Part shown: positions 36,813-46,529 of the stretch, piece by piece
Layout: every line of letters begins with the position of its first letter
Numbering within the stretch: the stretch's first letter is position 1
IMG/VR virus record: IMGVR_UViG_3300021197_001743
Span: 56,039-120,038 of that record
Length of the DNA stretch: 64,000 nucleotides
Direction: 5' to 3' (one strand)
DNA from: a virus
Notes under the pieces: model-generated
The model's database searches: none
Told to the model about the DNA's origin: nothing
Seen by the model: only the letters and a program-made list of their open reading frames with translations
Program-made: the position numbers and the translations under genes

Positions 36813-36822
36813 TTAAAATTAT

Positions 36823-36851
36823 TTGACAAGTTGTTCATAGTACGTTATATT
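36823..36851 (+). promoter_or_regulatory. sigma70-like promoter
   Basis: TTGACA-N17-TATATT. Confidence 0.8.
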
Positions 36852-36874
36852 ATAAGTATAATACAGAGGACAAG

Positions 36875-37030
36875 ATGAAAAAAATATTAATTAAACACAA
36901 GGATATCCAATTTGTGGGATATCTAATAGAAGACAAAGAGACAAAATTTATTGCTCTCAACGAAACAAAGGTGGTAACTTGGCATTATCCAAAAGCATCA
37001 TATTCTTATAAAACACTGGAGGAAAAATGA
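36875..37030 (+). CDS. 51-aa hypothetical protein
   Basis: GAGGA RBS after the promoter; ATGA overlap with the next gene. Confidence 0.55.
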   Translation: MKKILIKHKDIQFVGYLIEDKETKFIALNETKVVTWHYPKASYSYKTLEEK

Positions 37031-37977
37031 AAAAAGTATTATTGATTGATGGACTCAACATGTTCATCCGAAGCTATATAGTGAACCCTACTTTAGATAG
37101 ACATGGCAACCCAATCGGAGGTTGTATAGGATTTCTAAAATCACTTCAAAAGGTATGTAGGAAATTTGATCCTCAAGAAGTCATTGTGGCTTGGGATGGA
37201 CACGAAGGCTCTCAGCGCAAGAGAGCACTCAACAAGGAATACAAAGAAGGTAGAAGTCCTATACGGTTCAACCGGAGACTGATTGAGCTAGACCCCGCAG
37301 AGCAAGTAAAAAACAAAGCCTATCAACTAATCAGATTGATGGAATATCTAAACGAATTACCAATTATTCAAATCACAATTGATTTTGTTGAAGCTGATGA
37401 TGTAATCGCTTACGGTGTACAACACCCTTATTACAAAGATTGGGGCAAGGTGATTGTATCATCCGATAAAGACTTTTTTCAACTCTGTGATGATCGCACA
37501 TCTATCTACCGACCTATCCAAGATAAGATTGTTACAAAACAAAGTATTCTTGATGAGTTTAAGATTCATCCCAATAATTTTGCCCTTGCTCGAGCAATTG
37601 CTGGGGACTCATCCGATAATCTTCCGGGTGTAGCTGGGATTGGACTTAAAACGGTTGCTAAAAGATTCCCATTTTTACTTAAAGAAGAAGAATCAAGTTG
37701 TGATAAAATCATTACAAATTGCAACATGCAAACAAAAAAGCTTAAATTACATCAAAACTTGTTAGAATCAGCTGATTTGATCAAAAACAATTACAGGATT
37801 ATGCAATTGTATTCTCCTAACATAGGGGTGGTAAATAGGATATTTATTGACAACACAATACGAGATTTCGAAGCAGAATATTCGAAAATAAATTTCACTA
37901 AGATGTTGTTTTCGGATGATTGCTCATACATCAAATTTGATGAACTTACCAGAATAATGAAAAATATAAAAAGATAA
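37027..37977 (+). CDS. 5'-3' exonuclease/flap endonuclease (Pol I N-terminal / T4 RNase H-like)
   Basis: LLIDGLNMFIR, AWDG, EYKEGR, EADDVI, SSDKDFFQL, GDSSDNLPGV.GIG.KT. Confidence 0.92.
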   Translation: MKKVLLIDGLNMFIRSYIVNPTLDRHGNPIGGCIGFLKSLQKVCRKFDPQEVIVAWDGHEGSQRKRALNKEYKEGRSPIRFNRRLIELDPAEQVKNKAYQLIRLMEYLNELPIIQITIDFVEADDVIAYGVQHPYYKDWGKVIVSSDKDFFQLCDDRTSIYRPIQDKIVTKQSILDEFKIHPNNFALARAIAGDSSDNLPGVAGIGLKTVAKRFPFLLKEEESSCDKIITNCNMQTKKLKLHQNLLESADLIKNNYRIMQLYSPNIGVVNRIFIDNTIRDFEAEYSKINFTKMLFSDDCSYIKFDELTRIMKNIKR

Positions 37978-37985
37978 AATATGAC

Positions 37986-38014
37986 TTGACTTGTTGACAC
38001 AAACAGGTTATATT
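37986..38014 (+). promoter_or_regulatory. sigma70-like promoter
   Basis: TTGACT-N17-TATATT. Confidence 0.7.
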
Positions 38015-38036
38015 TATATAACACCATGGAGGACAC

Positions 38037-39395
38037 ATGACTATTAATAACGACCACGAAACTTTTTTACGCTTTGGAAAAAAATTCCAAGAAAATATGT
38101 GCCAACTTATGTTGGAAGATAGACCATTCTTTGACCAAATATCGGAGGTATTAAGAGTTGAATTTTTTGAACTCAAATACCTGCAGATTTTTGCAGATAC
38201 ATTAATAAAATACAGATCTAAATACAATACACACCCAAATCATGAAGTCATGATGGCAATACTCAGGACTGAGTTGAACCACTGCGACGATGCTGCAGCA
38301 ACACAAGTAAGAAATTACTTTGCAAGGATCATGAAATCAGAAGGTGTAGAAGAGTCAGAATATGTTAAGGATAAATCTTTAGATTTCTGTCGCAAGCAGG
38401 TTCTTAAGGGAGCAATGATGAAATCAATAAAACTTATCAAGTCTTCATCATTCGATGAGATTGAAAAGGTGATTCAGGAAGCTTTAAAATTAGGAACAGA
38501 TAACAACTTTGGGCACAATTATCACATAGACGCTCTTAAACGCTTTGAATTGATTAATCGTGCTCCAATTTCTACCGGTTGGGATCGAATGGACGAGATT
38601 GTTAAGGGTGGATTAGGTAAAAGTGAATTGGGCGTTGTTATCGCTCCAACAGGAGCCGGTAAATCTATGGTCCTTGTACACCTTGCAGCGCAAGCCCTTA
38701 AACAAGGCAAGACCGTAGTATATTACACTTTGGAATTAAAAGATACTGTGGTTGGTGGAAGATTTGACTCTTGTCTAAGTGGAATACCATTAAACGAACT
38801 CAGAGATCGCAAAGAAGAGGTTCTGGACCACATTGAGACGGTTGATGGTACACTTATTATTAAAGAGTATCCAACCAAATCAGCTTCTGTTCAAACAATA
38901 AAAAATCATATCGAGAAATTAAAGAAAAGAGGAATATATCCGGATATGGTGTTGTGTGATTACGCTGACCTCCTTCGTCCTTCGCGAAGTTCAAGCGAGA
39001 AGCGACATGAATTAGAGGAGACATATGAAGGTCTCCGAGCATTAGCTCAAATATATGAAATACCAGTGTGGACAGCTTCACAAACTAACAGAAGTGGACT
39101 GAATGCCGAGGTAATTACAATGGAAGCCATATCAGAGGCTTTTAACAAATGTTTCGTTGCGGATTTCATCTTCTCGCTGTCCCGAACAGTTCAGGATAAA
39201 GCAGCTAATAAAGGAAGATTATTCGTAGCTAAAAATAGAAATGGCCCAGACGGTTTAGTGTTCCCTACTTTTGTCGATTGGTCTGATGTTACAATCAAAG
39301 TGTTAAATAGGGAAGATAATGATATCGAGATGCCTTCTGCAAAGGATGCTCTCGAAACTCTTAGAAGAAAATATAATGAATTGAATGCGAAATAA
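38037..39395 (+). CDS. replicative helicase, DnaB/T4 gp41-like
   Basis: ISTGW..MD...GGL, APTGAGKS, YTLEL, DYADLL, WTASQTNR, AKNRNGP. Confidence 0.93.
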   Translation: MTINNDHETFLRFGKKFQENMCQLMLEDRPFFDQISEVLRVEFFELKYLQIFADTLIKYRSKYNTHPNHEVMMAILRTELNHCDDAAATQVRNYFARIMKSEGVEESEYVKDKSLDFCRKQVLKGAMMKSIKLIKSSSFDEIEKVIQEALKLGTDNNFGHNYHIDALKRFELINRAPISTGWDRMDEIVKGGLGKSELGVVIAPTGAGKSMVLVHLAAQALKQGKTVVYYTLELKDTVVGGRFDSCLSGIPLNELRDRKEEVLDHIETVDGTLIIKEYPTKSASVQTIKNHIEKLKKRGIYPDMVLCDYADLLRPSRSSSEKRHELEETYEGLRALAQIYEIPVWTASQTNRSGLNAEVITMEAISEAFNKCFVADFIFSLSRTVQDKAANKGRLFVAKNRNGPDGLVFPTFVDWSDVTIKVLNREDNDIEMPSAKDALETLRRKYNELNAK

Positions 39396-39405
39396 GGGAA
39401 ATATT

Positions 39406-41262
39406 ATGAATTTAGAAAATAAAATTTTATCAGATGTAACAGTATACATGAAGTATGCTAGGTATTTAGAAGATCAAAATCGACGCGAGAACTGGGAAGA
39501 GTTGGTTTCTCGGAACATGGATATGCATATAAAAAAATTCCCATCTTTAGATAGGGAAATAAGAAGCGCGTATCAATATGTCTTCCAGAAGAAAGTTCTT
39601 CCTTCCATGAGAAGCATGCAGTTTGGAGGTAAACCAATTGAAGTATCTCCAAATAGAATTTTCAATTGTGCATATGCGCCTGTTGATAATTATCATGTGT
39701 TTTCTGAGATTATGTTTCTCCTCCTAGGAGGAACTGGTGTCGGATTTTCCGTCCAACACCACCATGTAGACAAGCTACCAGAAATAAGAAAGCCTTCAGC
39801 AAGAAGTCGAAGATTTCTTATTGGAGACTCAATTGAGGGTTGGGCAGACTCTATTAAGGCTCTAGTGGCTTCGTATTTTAAAGGCACTTCTCGACTACGT
39901 TTTGACTTCTCGGATATCCGTCCGAAAGGATCCAGACTAGTTACCTCCGGAGGTAAAGCTCCCGGACCTCAGCCCTTGAAAGAATGCTTAGTAAAAATTG
40001 AAGGAATATTAGATGAAAAAGAAGACGGCTCCCAACTTACTCCCATTGAAGTTCATGACATCGTCTGTTATATTGCGGACGCGGTTTTGGCTGGGGGTAT
40101 TCGTAGGGCTGCGCTCATATCTTTGTTCTCTGCTGATGACGAAGAGATGCTCGCTGCCAAAACAGGCGACTGGTGGGAACTTAACCCGCAAAGAGGAAGG
40201 GCAAACAATTCTGTTGTTCTTATGCGTCATCGCATCGATCGTGATACTTTTATGGGTATCTGGCAGCGTGTTCGCGAGTCAGGAGCAGGGGAACCCGGGT
40301 TTTACTTCTCCAACGACAAAGATTGGGGAACCAATCCCTGCTGTGAAATAGGCTTGAGGCCATATCAATTTTGCAATCTTGTTGAAGTCAATGTGAGCGA
40401 CATAAGCAATCAGGAAGAATTAGAAGAAAGAGTGGCCGCTGCAACGTTCATAGGTACCCTTCAAGCGTCTTACACGGACTTCCACTACCTAAGACCTATC
40501 TGGCAAAGAAACACTGAAAAGGATGCCCTTATTGGCGTTTCTATGACTGGTATTGCATCTGGTGGAGTACTTGGTTTGGATTTAACTACTGCTTCGTTGG
40601 TTGTTAAGAGAGAAAATAGAAGAATAGCAATGCAAATTGGAATCAAACCAGCAGCAAGAACAACCTGTGTAAAACCAGCAGGAACAACATCCTTGACCCT
40701 CGGAACATCTTCCGGAATTCATGCGTGGCATAACGACCATTATGTACGCAGAATTCGCGTAGGAAAGAACGAGGCGATCTATTCTTATCTTAAAGAAAAC
40801 ATCCCAGAGCTTATTGAAGATGATAAATTCCGACCGCACGATACGGCACTTATTAAAGTCCCACAAAAAGCTCCACAAGGGGCCATAACACGCCACGAGA
40901 GCGCTTTGGATCTCTTAAGAAGGGTAAAGGGTATTAGTGATACTTGGATCAAAGGAGGGCACCAAAGCGGGAACAACACGCACAATGTGTCTGCTACCAT
41001 CACTGTCAAGCCAAACGAATGGAAATCAGTTGGCGAGTGGATGTGGTTAAATCGCAAGTGCTACAATGGATTGTCTGTGTTGCCCCATTCAGAACACACA
41101 TATGTCCAAGCTCCTTTTACCGATTGCACGAAAGAAGAGTACGAATCTTTATTACAATCGGTAAAAAGAATAGATTTGGACCTAATTATAGAAGATCAAG
41201 ATGAAACAAATTTGTCCGGAGAAATAGCGTGTGCCGGTGGATCATCCTGTGAAATATTTTAG
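39406..41262 (+). CDS. nrdJ: class II (B12-dependent) ribonucleotide reductase
   Basis: LPSMRSMQFGG, FNCAY, GTGVGFS, TNPCCEIGL, CVKPAGTTS, C-terminal ACAGGSSCEI; no adjacent beta subunit. Confidence 0.92.
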   Translation: MNLENKILSDVTVYMKYARYLEDQNRRENWEELVSRNMDMHIKKFPSLDREIRSAYQYVFQKKVLPSMRSMQFGGKPIEVSPNRIFNCAYAPVDNYHVFSEIMFLLLGGTGVGFSVQHHHVDKLPEIRKPSARSRRFLIGDSIEGWADSIKALVASYFKGTSRLRFDFSDIRPKGSRLVTSGGKAPGPQPLKECLVKIEGILDEKEDGSQLTPIEVHDIVCYIADAVLAGGIRRAALISLFSADDEEMLAAKTGDWWELNPQRGRANNSVVLMRHRIDRDTFMGIWQRVRESGAGEPGFYFSNDKDWGTNPCCEIGLRPYQFCNLVEVNVSDISNQEELEERVAAATFIGTLQASYTDFHYLRPIWQRNTEKDALIGVSMTGIASGGVLGLDLTTASLVVKRENRRIAMQIGIKPAARTTCVKPAGTTSLTLGTSSGIHAWHNDHYVRRIRVGKNEAIYSYLKENIPELIEDDKFRPHDTALIKVPQKAPQGAITRHESALDLLRRVKGISDTWIKGGHQSGNNTHNVSATITVKPNEWKSVGEWMWLNRKCYNGLSVLPHSEHTYVQAPFTDCTKEEYESLLQSVKRIDLDLIIEDQDETNLSGEIACAGGSSCEIF

Positions 41263-41271
41263 GAGAATAAT

Positions 41272-41460
41272 ATGAGAGAACGACTCGAAATTATAATTGA
41301 AGAACTCAAAAGTGCAATGAGTGATATCGACAAAGTGGAATCCGGTACCTATGGCTATAAAGCTGCAGCACCGAGAGCCCGAAAGGTTGCTTTAACTGCT
41401 ATAAAAGAACTGAAAGAATTGAGATCAGAAATACAAAATAAGAAAAATTCTCACGAATAA
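41272..41460 (+). CDS. histone H1-like (Hc1-type) small basic protein
   Basis: G.KAAA.RARK....IKELKELRSEIQNKK pattern. Confidence 0.6.
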   Translation: MRERLEIIIEELKSAMSDIDKVESGTYGYKAAAPRARKVALTAIKELKELRSEIQNKKNSHE

Positions 41461-41463
41461 TAC

Positions 41464-41492
41464 TTGACAACCGCCTCTTAATGTGTTATAAT
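41464..41492 (+). promoter_or_regulatory. consensus sigma70 promoter
   Basis: TTGACA-N17-TATAAT. Confidence 0.85.
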
Positions 41493-41536
41493 ATAATATG
41501 TTAAGAGGCGTTTGCTATATTTGTGATGGAGGAAAA

Positions 41537-41815
41537 ATGTATTTAGAGCCAAAAAATAGACACCTTCTCGTCCTTCCGATGGATGATGAAGAAAAAGAGA
41601 AAACTGTAATAGTATTGCCGGGAGATTATAAGAAACCAATTTCGCCCTATGTTACCTGCGATATATTAGGAATATCAGAAGATTGCGAAATAGGAGTTTC
41701 TATCGGCGATCGTATTGTAGTAGAAAGAAGAATGCTGCAAGAGATAAAAGCAATAGGGGAAACTAATTACCTAGTATTGGAAAATTATGTTTACGGGAGA
41801 CTAAAAGATGAATAA
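41537..41815 (+). CDS. GroES-like co-chaperonin
   Basis: GGAGG RBS; LEPKNRHLLV..IVLP..VSIGDRIVV...YLVLENYVYG. Confidence 0.7.
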   Translation: MYLEPKNRHLLVLPMDDEEKEKTVIVLPGDYKKPISPYVTCDILGISEDCEIGVSIGDRIVVERRMLQEIKAIGETNYLVLENYVYGRLKDE

Positions 41816-42578
41816 AGAATTATTAAAAAATATGATAAAAAAGGTTATATTAGAGAACAGACAGAAGCCTGTTTTACTTGAAGAGCCATTGAGAGAAATG
41901 GCAACGTTTGCATCAGCAAAACATAAAATAAATGAATTGATGGTACCATTTTTAGCAGTATCAGCGTTTAGATCTGAGAGAAGCTATAGAAAAAATATGG
42001 AAATGGACAGAAAAATCAGAGAAGAAATATTGAAGCCTAGTGGTTATTCTTACACAATTGTGGAAGGTGGATTCCTTGAGAAGCCTCGTGATGATCAAGG
42101 TGTCGAGATAGAAGATTCAGAAGGTACCGAGGTCAATGAAAAGACTTATTTAGTTTTTGATAAAGAAACTAGACCCGGCGGCAAGTTGAGCATGGGCTTG
42201 TTTGAATTGGGAAAAAAGATAGCAAAAGCGTCAAATCAACATAGCTTTTCCTATGGATACCCTAGAACAATTCAAGACCCTAACCAAGAAGAGCCTACAC
42301 GAGAGATGTTTATTGCCATTTATGAACCTGACGCTCAAGCCCCCGGCGATGCTCATAGAGTTAAGGAGCCATGGGCAGGGCCTTGGTCTTCATACGAAGA
42401 GATGGAACACGACGACATATATTATACCAAAGTTAGAGGTTCCAGAGGTAAATTCGCAGAACAAAAAATACAAGAAGCATTGGACATTAATCCAAAGAGC
42501 GTCTTTGAGGCCATGAAAAAAGAGCACCAAATTAAGTATTGGAAGAGCTTAAAAGAACGCTATAATAGAGGTGAATGA
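41808..42578 (+). CDS. hypothetical protein with shared N-terminal leader
   Basis: MNKELLKNMIKKVILE; ACTAATTA motif at 41762; VSAFR...N...GY....EGGF.E...E.TYLV. Confidence 0.6.
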   Translation: MNKELLKNMIKKVILENRQKPVLLEEPLREMATFASAKHKINELMVPFLAVSAFRSERSYRKNMEMDRKIREEILKPSGYSYTIVEGGFLEKPRDDQGVEIEDSEGTEVNEKTYLVFDKETRPGGKLSMGLFELGKKIAKASNQHSFSYGYPRTIQDPNQEEPTREMFIAIYEPDAQAPGDAHRVKEPWAGPWSSYEEMEHDDIYYTKVRGSRGKFAEQKIQEALDINPKSVFEAMKKEHQIKYWKSLKERYNRGE

Positions 42579-43291
42579 TGCCATATCAGAAAACGATTGA
42601 TTTATATTCTGATGGCATAGGAAAGGTTCAATATATAGACCACATGGGCACTGACCTCACGATTGTGAACAGTGCTCGTGTTTCATTTGGAGTTCAGAAG
42701 GAGGAACTAGATGATAGAGATAAAAAACTTGTTAATTACCTTGTTAAACACCGACACACGTCTACGTTCGAGCACAATGTGGTTACCTTTAAGTTTGTCG
42801 TTCCTCTTTTTGTGCGCTCTCAGCATATGCGGCACAGAACTTGGTCTTATAACGAGATTTCCAGAAGATATACAGATAAAGATCTTGCTTTTTATTGCCC
42901 AGATACATTCCGTACACAGCATAAGTCCAACAGGCAGTCTTCTAATCAAGACCAGATAGATCCTATTCTTTATCCGGACTTGTCTGACCCTAGTTTTGGA
43001 TTGTCCTGTGCGGATTATCTAAAACAACACACTAGAGCGTCGAAAGAATTGTTCGAACAATTGATGAGTGCGGGAGTTTGTAGAGAGCAAGCACGAATGG
43101 TTCTGCCGCAAAACATGTACACTGAATATTATGGAACAGTCAATTTAAATAATTTACTTAAGTTCATAGGCCTAAGGACCCATGATGGTGCCCAACAGGA
43201 GATACAAGATGTAGCCTTAGGGTGCCTAGAGATAGCAACAAACTTATGGCCGACAGCCATAGCAGCTTATAGGACGCATAAAAGTGTTTGA
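42575..43291 (+). CDS. thyX: flavin-dependent thymidylate synthase
   Basis: IVNSARVSF, HTSTFEH, QHMRHRTWSYNEISRRY, REQARMVLP. Confidence 0.95.
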   Translation: MMPYQKTIDLYSDGIGKVQYIDHMGTDLTIVNSARVSFGVQKEELDDRDKKLVNYLVKHRHTSTFEHNVVTFKFVVPLFVRSQHMRHRTWSYNEISRRYTDKDLAFYCPDTFRTQHKSNRQSSNQDQIDPILYPDLSDPSFGLSCADYLKQHTRASKELFEQLMSAGVCREQARMVLPQNMYTEYYGTVNLNNLLKFIGLRTHDGAQQEIQDVALGCLEIATNLWPTAIAAYRTHKSV

Positions 43292-43511
43292 AGAAGGAGA
43301 CATATTTTTTCTCAACGAAGAAGGGGTAATGCTGTTTAAGCATATTCAAGGTGAGAATGGAATTATAATAAACGGACCTTATGCTTTATATCGACATGAT
43401 TTCCATGGAACTCCAGAGACAATTGAATATGCTGGATATGATATTTTAATTAAGGGAAGATTGTTCAAGGAAATACCAGAGAAGTTCCTAAAAAGAGTTG
43501 TAAAAATTTGA
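43284..43511 (+). CDS. small SH3/KOW-like protein
   Basis: FEEGDIF...GIII; overlaps the thyX stop. Confidence 0.5.
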   Translation: MFEEGDIFFLNEEGVMLFKHIQGENGIIINGPYALYRHDFHGTPETIEYAGYDILIKGRLFKEIPEKFLKRVVKI

Positions 43512-43526
43512 ATAGACGGAGAATAA

Positions 43527-44324
43527 GTGAGCGATTTAGATTTATATTATGATAAGATTAATGTTGGAAAGACCATAACCTGTCTTTTGCATTCTTTTCG
43601 AACGGAGACCCCTTGTGTATTATTGGAGCCCTCTCCGCCTTTTAATTTAGACATTAGGTATGACAATTATGATTTTTCATGGCTCGGTATTGATTCCCCG
43701 AAACCACTGCAAATTTGGGACCGACTTTGTTTTTTACTGAGCATGTCGGGCATTTTGTTGTTTCCAAACAATGTCCTGAATTATCGTAGGGAAGAAGGGA
43801 CACTTGTAATTGTTTCAAATCACAATAAGAGAATTAATGTCCATTACGAAAAAATAAATGTTTTCGATGAACAAGAGACGGGCTGGAGCTATGTATATGA
43901 CTATTATGATTGGAAGTCCGGAGGCCAACACAAATTTGATGAGATAAATGATACTGATGAAAACTTTATAAAGAGTATAAAATTCTATTCTTCTGAGAGA
44001 GACATGGTAGGAAGCCACATAAAGGATCTTGTAGGGGTCTCGTACTTGTCAGAAGAGGAACTGTCATCGATGGAAACTTCTCATGTTTATTCTAGGTTGA
44101 AAATTTTACAAATGCTAAGAACAAATGGTATCTTAGGTAATGTGGTTGGTTATGGCCCAACCGGCAGAGCCAAATATAGAAAGCCTGTTATAGAATTTCG
44201 GAAAAGAATTATAAAGCCTGATTATATACCTGAGATTTCTTTTAAAGATGCTTATGAGATGGAACAGAAAAGAGGATACACATGGAAGTTACTAGAGAAA
44301 ATAACACAACATACTTCCACTTAG
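43527..44324 (+). CDS. hypothetical protein
   Basis: GTG start with GGAG RBS; overlaps the nucleotidyltransferase-like gene. Confidence 0.6.
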   Translation: MSDLDLYYDKINVGKTITCLLHSFRTETPCVLLEPSPPFNLDIRYDNYDFSWLGIDSPKPLQIWDRLCFLLSMSGILLFPNNVLNYRREEGTLVIVSNHNKRINVHYEKINVFDEQETGWSYVYDYYDWKSGGQHKFDEINDTDENFIKSIKFYSSERDMVGSHIKDLVGVSYLSEEELSSMETSHVYSRLKILQMLRTNGILGNVVGYGPTGRAKYRKPVIEFRKRIIKPDYIPEISFKDAYEMEQKRGYTWKLLEKITQHTST

Positions 44325-45205
44325 CCGGCATTGTTCCCGTTGCTGGTCAACCATTAGATTTTGACCAAGCTTGGCCTGACTGCTTGATGCCTATAGCTCC
44401 GGACTATTCTTTGTTAGAAGCCGCCGTTGCTGAGTGCGCTTATGCTGGATGTGATACGATTTGGATTATCTGCAATGATGACATTTCTCCCCTAATAAAA
44501 AAGAAACTTGGAGACTTTGTGAAGGACCCAGTTTATGCCCATCGCCGGCACGAGAGAAAGCCCGATCAGACCATCCGTTACATCCCAATTTATTATGTGC
44601 CGATACATCCCAAAGACAGAGACAAAAGAGATTGCCTAGCTTGGTCTGTCATTCATGGATCACTCTCAATTTTTAAAATTGCTGATGAGATTTCCAAATG
44701 GGTGATCCCCAATAAGTACTACGTCAGCTTCCCGTATGGCTTCTATCCTTCTTGGCAAATTCGAGAGCATAGAAAATTAATTTCTTCATCAAAGAACTTT
44801 TATATCTCATCCAAAGGAAAAACATTTAAGGACGGCCTTTATTCCTCCTTTACTTTTGGTAAGGATGAGTTTATAGAGTTCAGAAAAATCATAAGATCAG
44901 GAACGGGAAGGTTCCGCCCCGGAGCAGACTGGAAAGAGCATGATGCGTTGCCAATTGAGGAAAGGTGGTCTGCAAGATTTTTTCCAATTGAAAAAGTGTT
45001 TGCTCCTTTTAATCTAGATGCAGCAAACGAAATAAAAATAGAAAATTTTTGGAACATATCTTCATGGCAAGAGTACAAATCGTTCATATCAGATAATGTT
45101 GACAAAGAAATAAAACGCCCTACAAAGACCATCCTCACGAGACAAAAGTGTAAACCGATCGCAGTGAACTATTTAGAAAGCGATGAAAAAGATAAAGAAG
45201 CTTAA
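44282..45205 (+). CDS. sugar-phosphate nucleotidyltransferase-like protein (divergent)
   Basis: LAGIVPVAG...PDCLMPI....LLE..V.E...AGCD.I.II resembles the RmlA/GalU N-terminus. Confidence 0.6.
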   Translation: MEVTRENNTTYFHLAGIVPVAGQPLDFDQAWPDCLMPIAPDYSLLEAAVAECAYAGCDTIWIICNDDISPLIKKKLGDFVKDPVYAHRRHERKPDQTIRYIPIYYVPIHPKDRDKRDCLAWSVIHGSLSIFKIADEISKWVIPNKYYVSFPYGFYPSWQIREHRKLISSSKNFYISSKGKTFKDGLYSSFTFGKDEFIEFRKIIRSGTGRFRPGADWKEHDALPIEERWSARFFPIEKVFAPFNLDAANEIKIENFWNISSWQEYKSFISDNVDKEIKRPTKTILTRQKCKPIAVNYLESDEKDKEA

Positions 45206-45794
45206 ATTTAAAAAACTGTTGAACGAATACAGGTCTCTCTATTATGAATATGAATATATTCTAGAGGCATGTCAAGAAACGTTGTCTGATTTTGACGACA
45301 ATCTAAGGAATTATTGCGAAAAAAACGATATCAATATTGAAGAATTAAATAAAAAATTATCACCCAAGAAACAGCAAGAAACAGACATGGTCCCTTTTGA
45401 AGATGAATGTCTCGAGATTTCAAAGAGCTCAGAAGACGAAGAGTATGATGCAAAAAAATTATTTCGACAAGTAGCAAGAGCGTTCCATCCGGATATGCTC
45501 AATGACGAAGATCCAGATAAATTAGAAAAAGAAGAGATATTTAAAAGAGCCTCGGTTGCAATCGAAAACAAAAATTGGGGCGAACTCTTCAATATTGCAG
45601 ACCGCTATGATCTGGATCTTGATGATTATATATCAGTTAATAATTCTTTAAGGCTGGACATCCAAAGAATGAAAGAGAAAATAAAAGAGAAGCAAGGCAC
45701 CTACTCTTGGCTATTATATACATGCGAAGATAACGTAGAGTGTATGGATAGAGTCGCTAAATCGTTTCTAGAACAGATGTATAATTATAAATAA
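45183..45794 (+). CDS. J-domain-containing protein
   Basis: KKLFRQVARAFHPD...EEIFK with HPD motif. Confidence 0.7.
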   Translation: MKKIKKLKFKKLLNEYRSLYYEYEYILEACQETLSDFDDNLRNYCEKNDINIEELNKKLSPKKQQETDMVPFEDECLEISKSSEDEEYDAKKLFRQVARAFHPDMLNDEDPDKLEKEEIFKRASVAIENKNWGELFNIADRYDLDLDDYISVNNSLRLDIQRMKEKIKEKQGTYSWLLYTCEDNVECMDRVAKSFLEQMYNYK

Positions 45795-45838
45795 TATTTT
45801 TAGATAGCTTCGATCTTATCGAGACTAGTTAAGATACT

Positions 45839-46267
45839 ATGGCAAGAATTTTATTCATTGATGATAACCCAGATCAGTTTCGTATGATACTAGATACGTT
45901 AGAATTTATAATTGATGATCTGGATATTGAGTATTCAAATAGCGTAAGTGATGCAATAAAGAAAATGTGCGAAAAAGAATATGATGTGGTTATTATGGAT
46001 ATTTTTTTACCGCTCGGAACAAACTCTCAATCTATTGTCGGACCAAAAAATAAATTATATAAAGACTTAGATGCCTCGCACCTAGGAGGCTTAGAAGTAT
46101 TAGACTTCCTTGAGAAGATGCAAGATCACCCTAAAGTGTTAATGCATACAGCTAGTCTAGACAGCATGCTGATCGAAATGTTCAGCGATATATCAGAGTA
46201 TCGAATCCCTAAACCCTGCCCACCAGAGGTTTTTATAAGTAAAGTATCCGAGGCTTTATGTAAATAA
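45839..46267 (+). CDS. stand-alone response-regulator receiver domain
   Basis: ILFIDDN, YDVVIMDIFLP, GLEVL, VLMHTA, IPKP; ACTAGTTA motif at 45824. Confidence 0.85.
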   Translation: MARILFIDDNPDQFRMILDTLEFIIDDLDIEYSNSVSDAIKKMCEKEYDVVIMDIFLPLGTNSQSIVGPKNKLYKDLDASHLGGLEVLDFLEKMQDHPKVLMHTASLDSMLIEMFSDISEYRIPKPCPPEVFISKVSEALCK

Positions 46268-46286
46268 AGACTAATTATATACGTAT

Positions 46287-46362
46287 GGGGGTATAGCTCA
46301 GTTGGGAGAGCGTCTGCCTTGCACGCAGAAGGTCGTGAGTTCGATCCTCGCTACCTCCACCA
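46287..46362 (+). tRNA. tRNA-Ala(UGC)
   Basis: GGGGGTA/TACCTCC acceptor stem with G3:U70; TCTGC-CT-TGC-AC-GCAGA; GTTCGAT; encoded CCA. Confidence 0.96.
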
Positions 46363-46370
46363 TATATCTA

Positions 46371-46390
46371 AAACCTCCTTCGGGAGGTTT
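46371..46390 (+). terminator. cUUCGg hairpin between the two tRNAs (terminator or processing site)
   Basis: AAACCTCC-TTCG-GGAGGTTT. Confidence 0.6.
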
Positions 46391-46426
46391 AGTATTGTCT
46401 TGACTTACTATATAAAATAGACTGAT

Positions 46427-46501
46427 GGTGCTGTAGTTCAGTTGGTTTAGAATGCCGGCCTGTCACGCCGGAGGTCGCGGGTTCGAGTCCCGTCAGCACC
46501 G
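46427..46501 (+). tRNA. tRNA-Asp(GUC), CCA not encoded
   Basis: GGTGCTG/CAGCACC stem; CCGGC-CT-GTC-AC-GCCGG; GTTCGAG; discriminator G followed by TCA. Confidence 0.95.
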
Positions 46502-46529
46502 TCAACCTTAAACACTCAAGGAGCATTAT

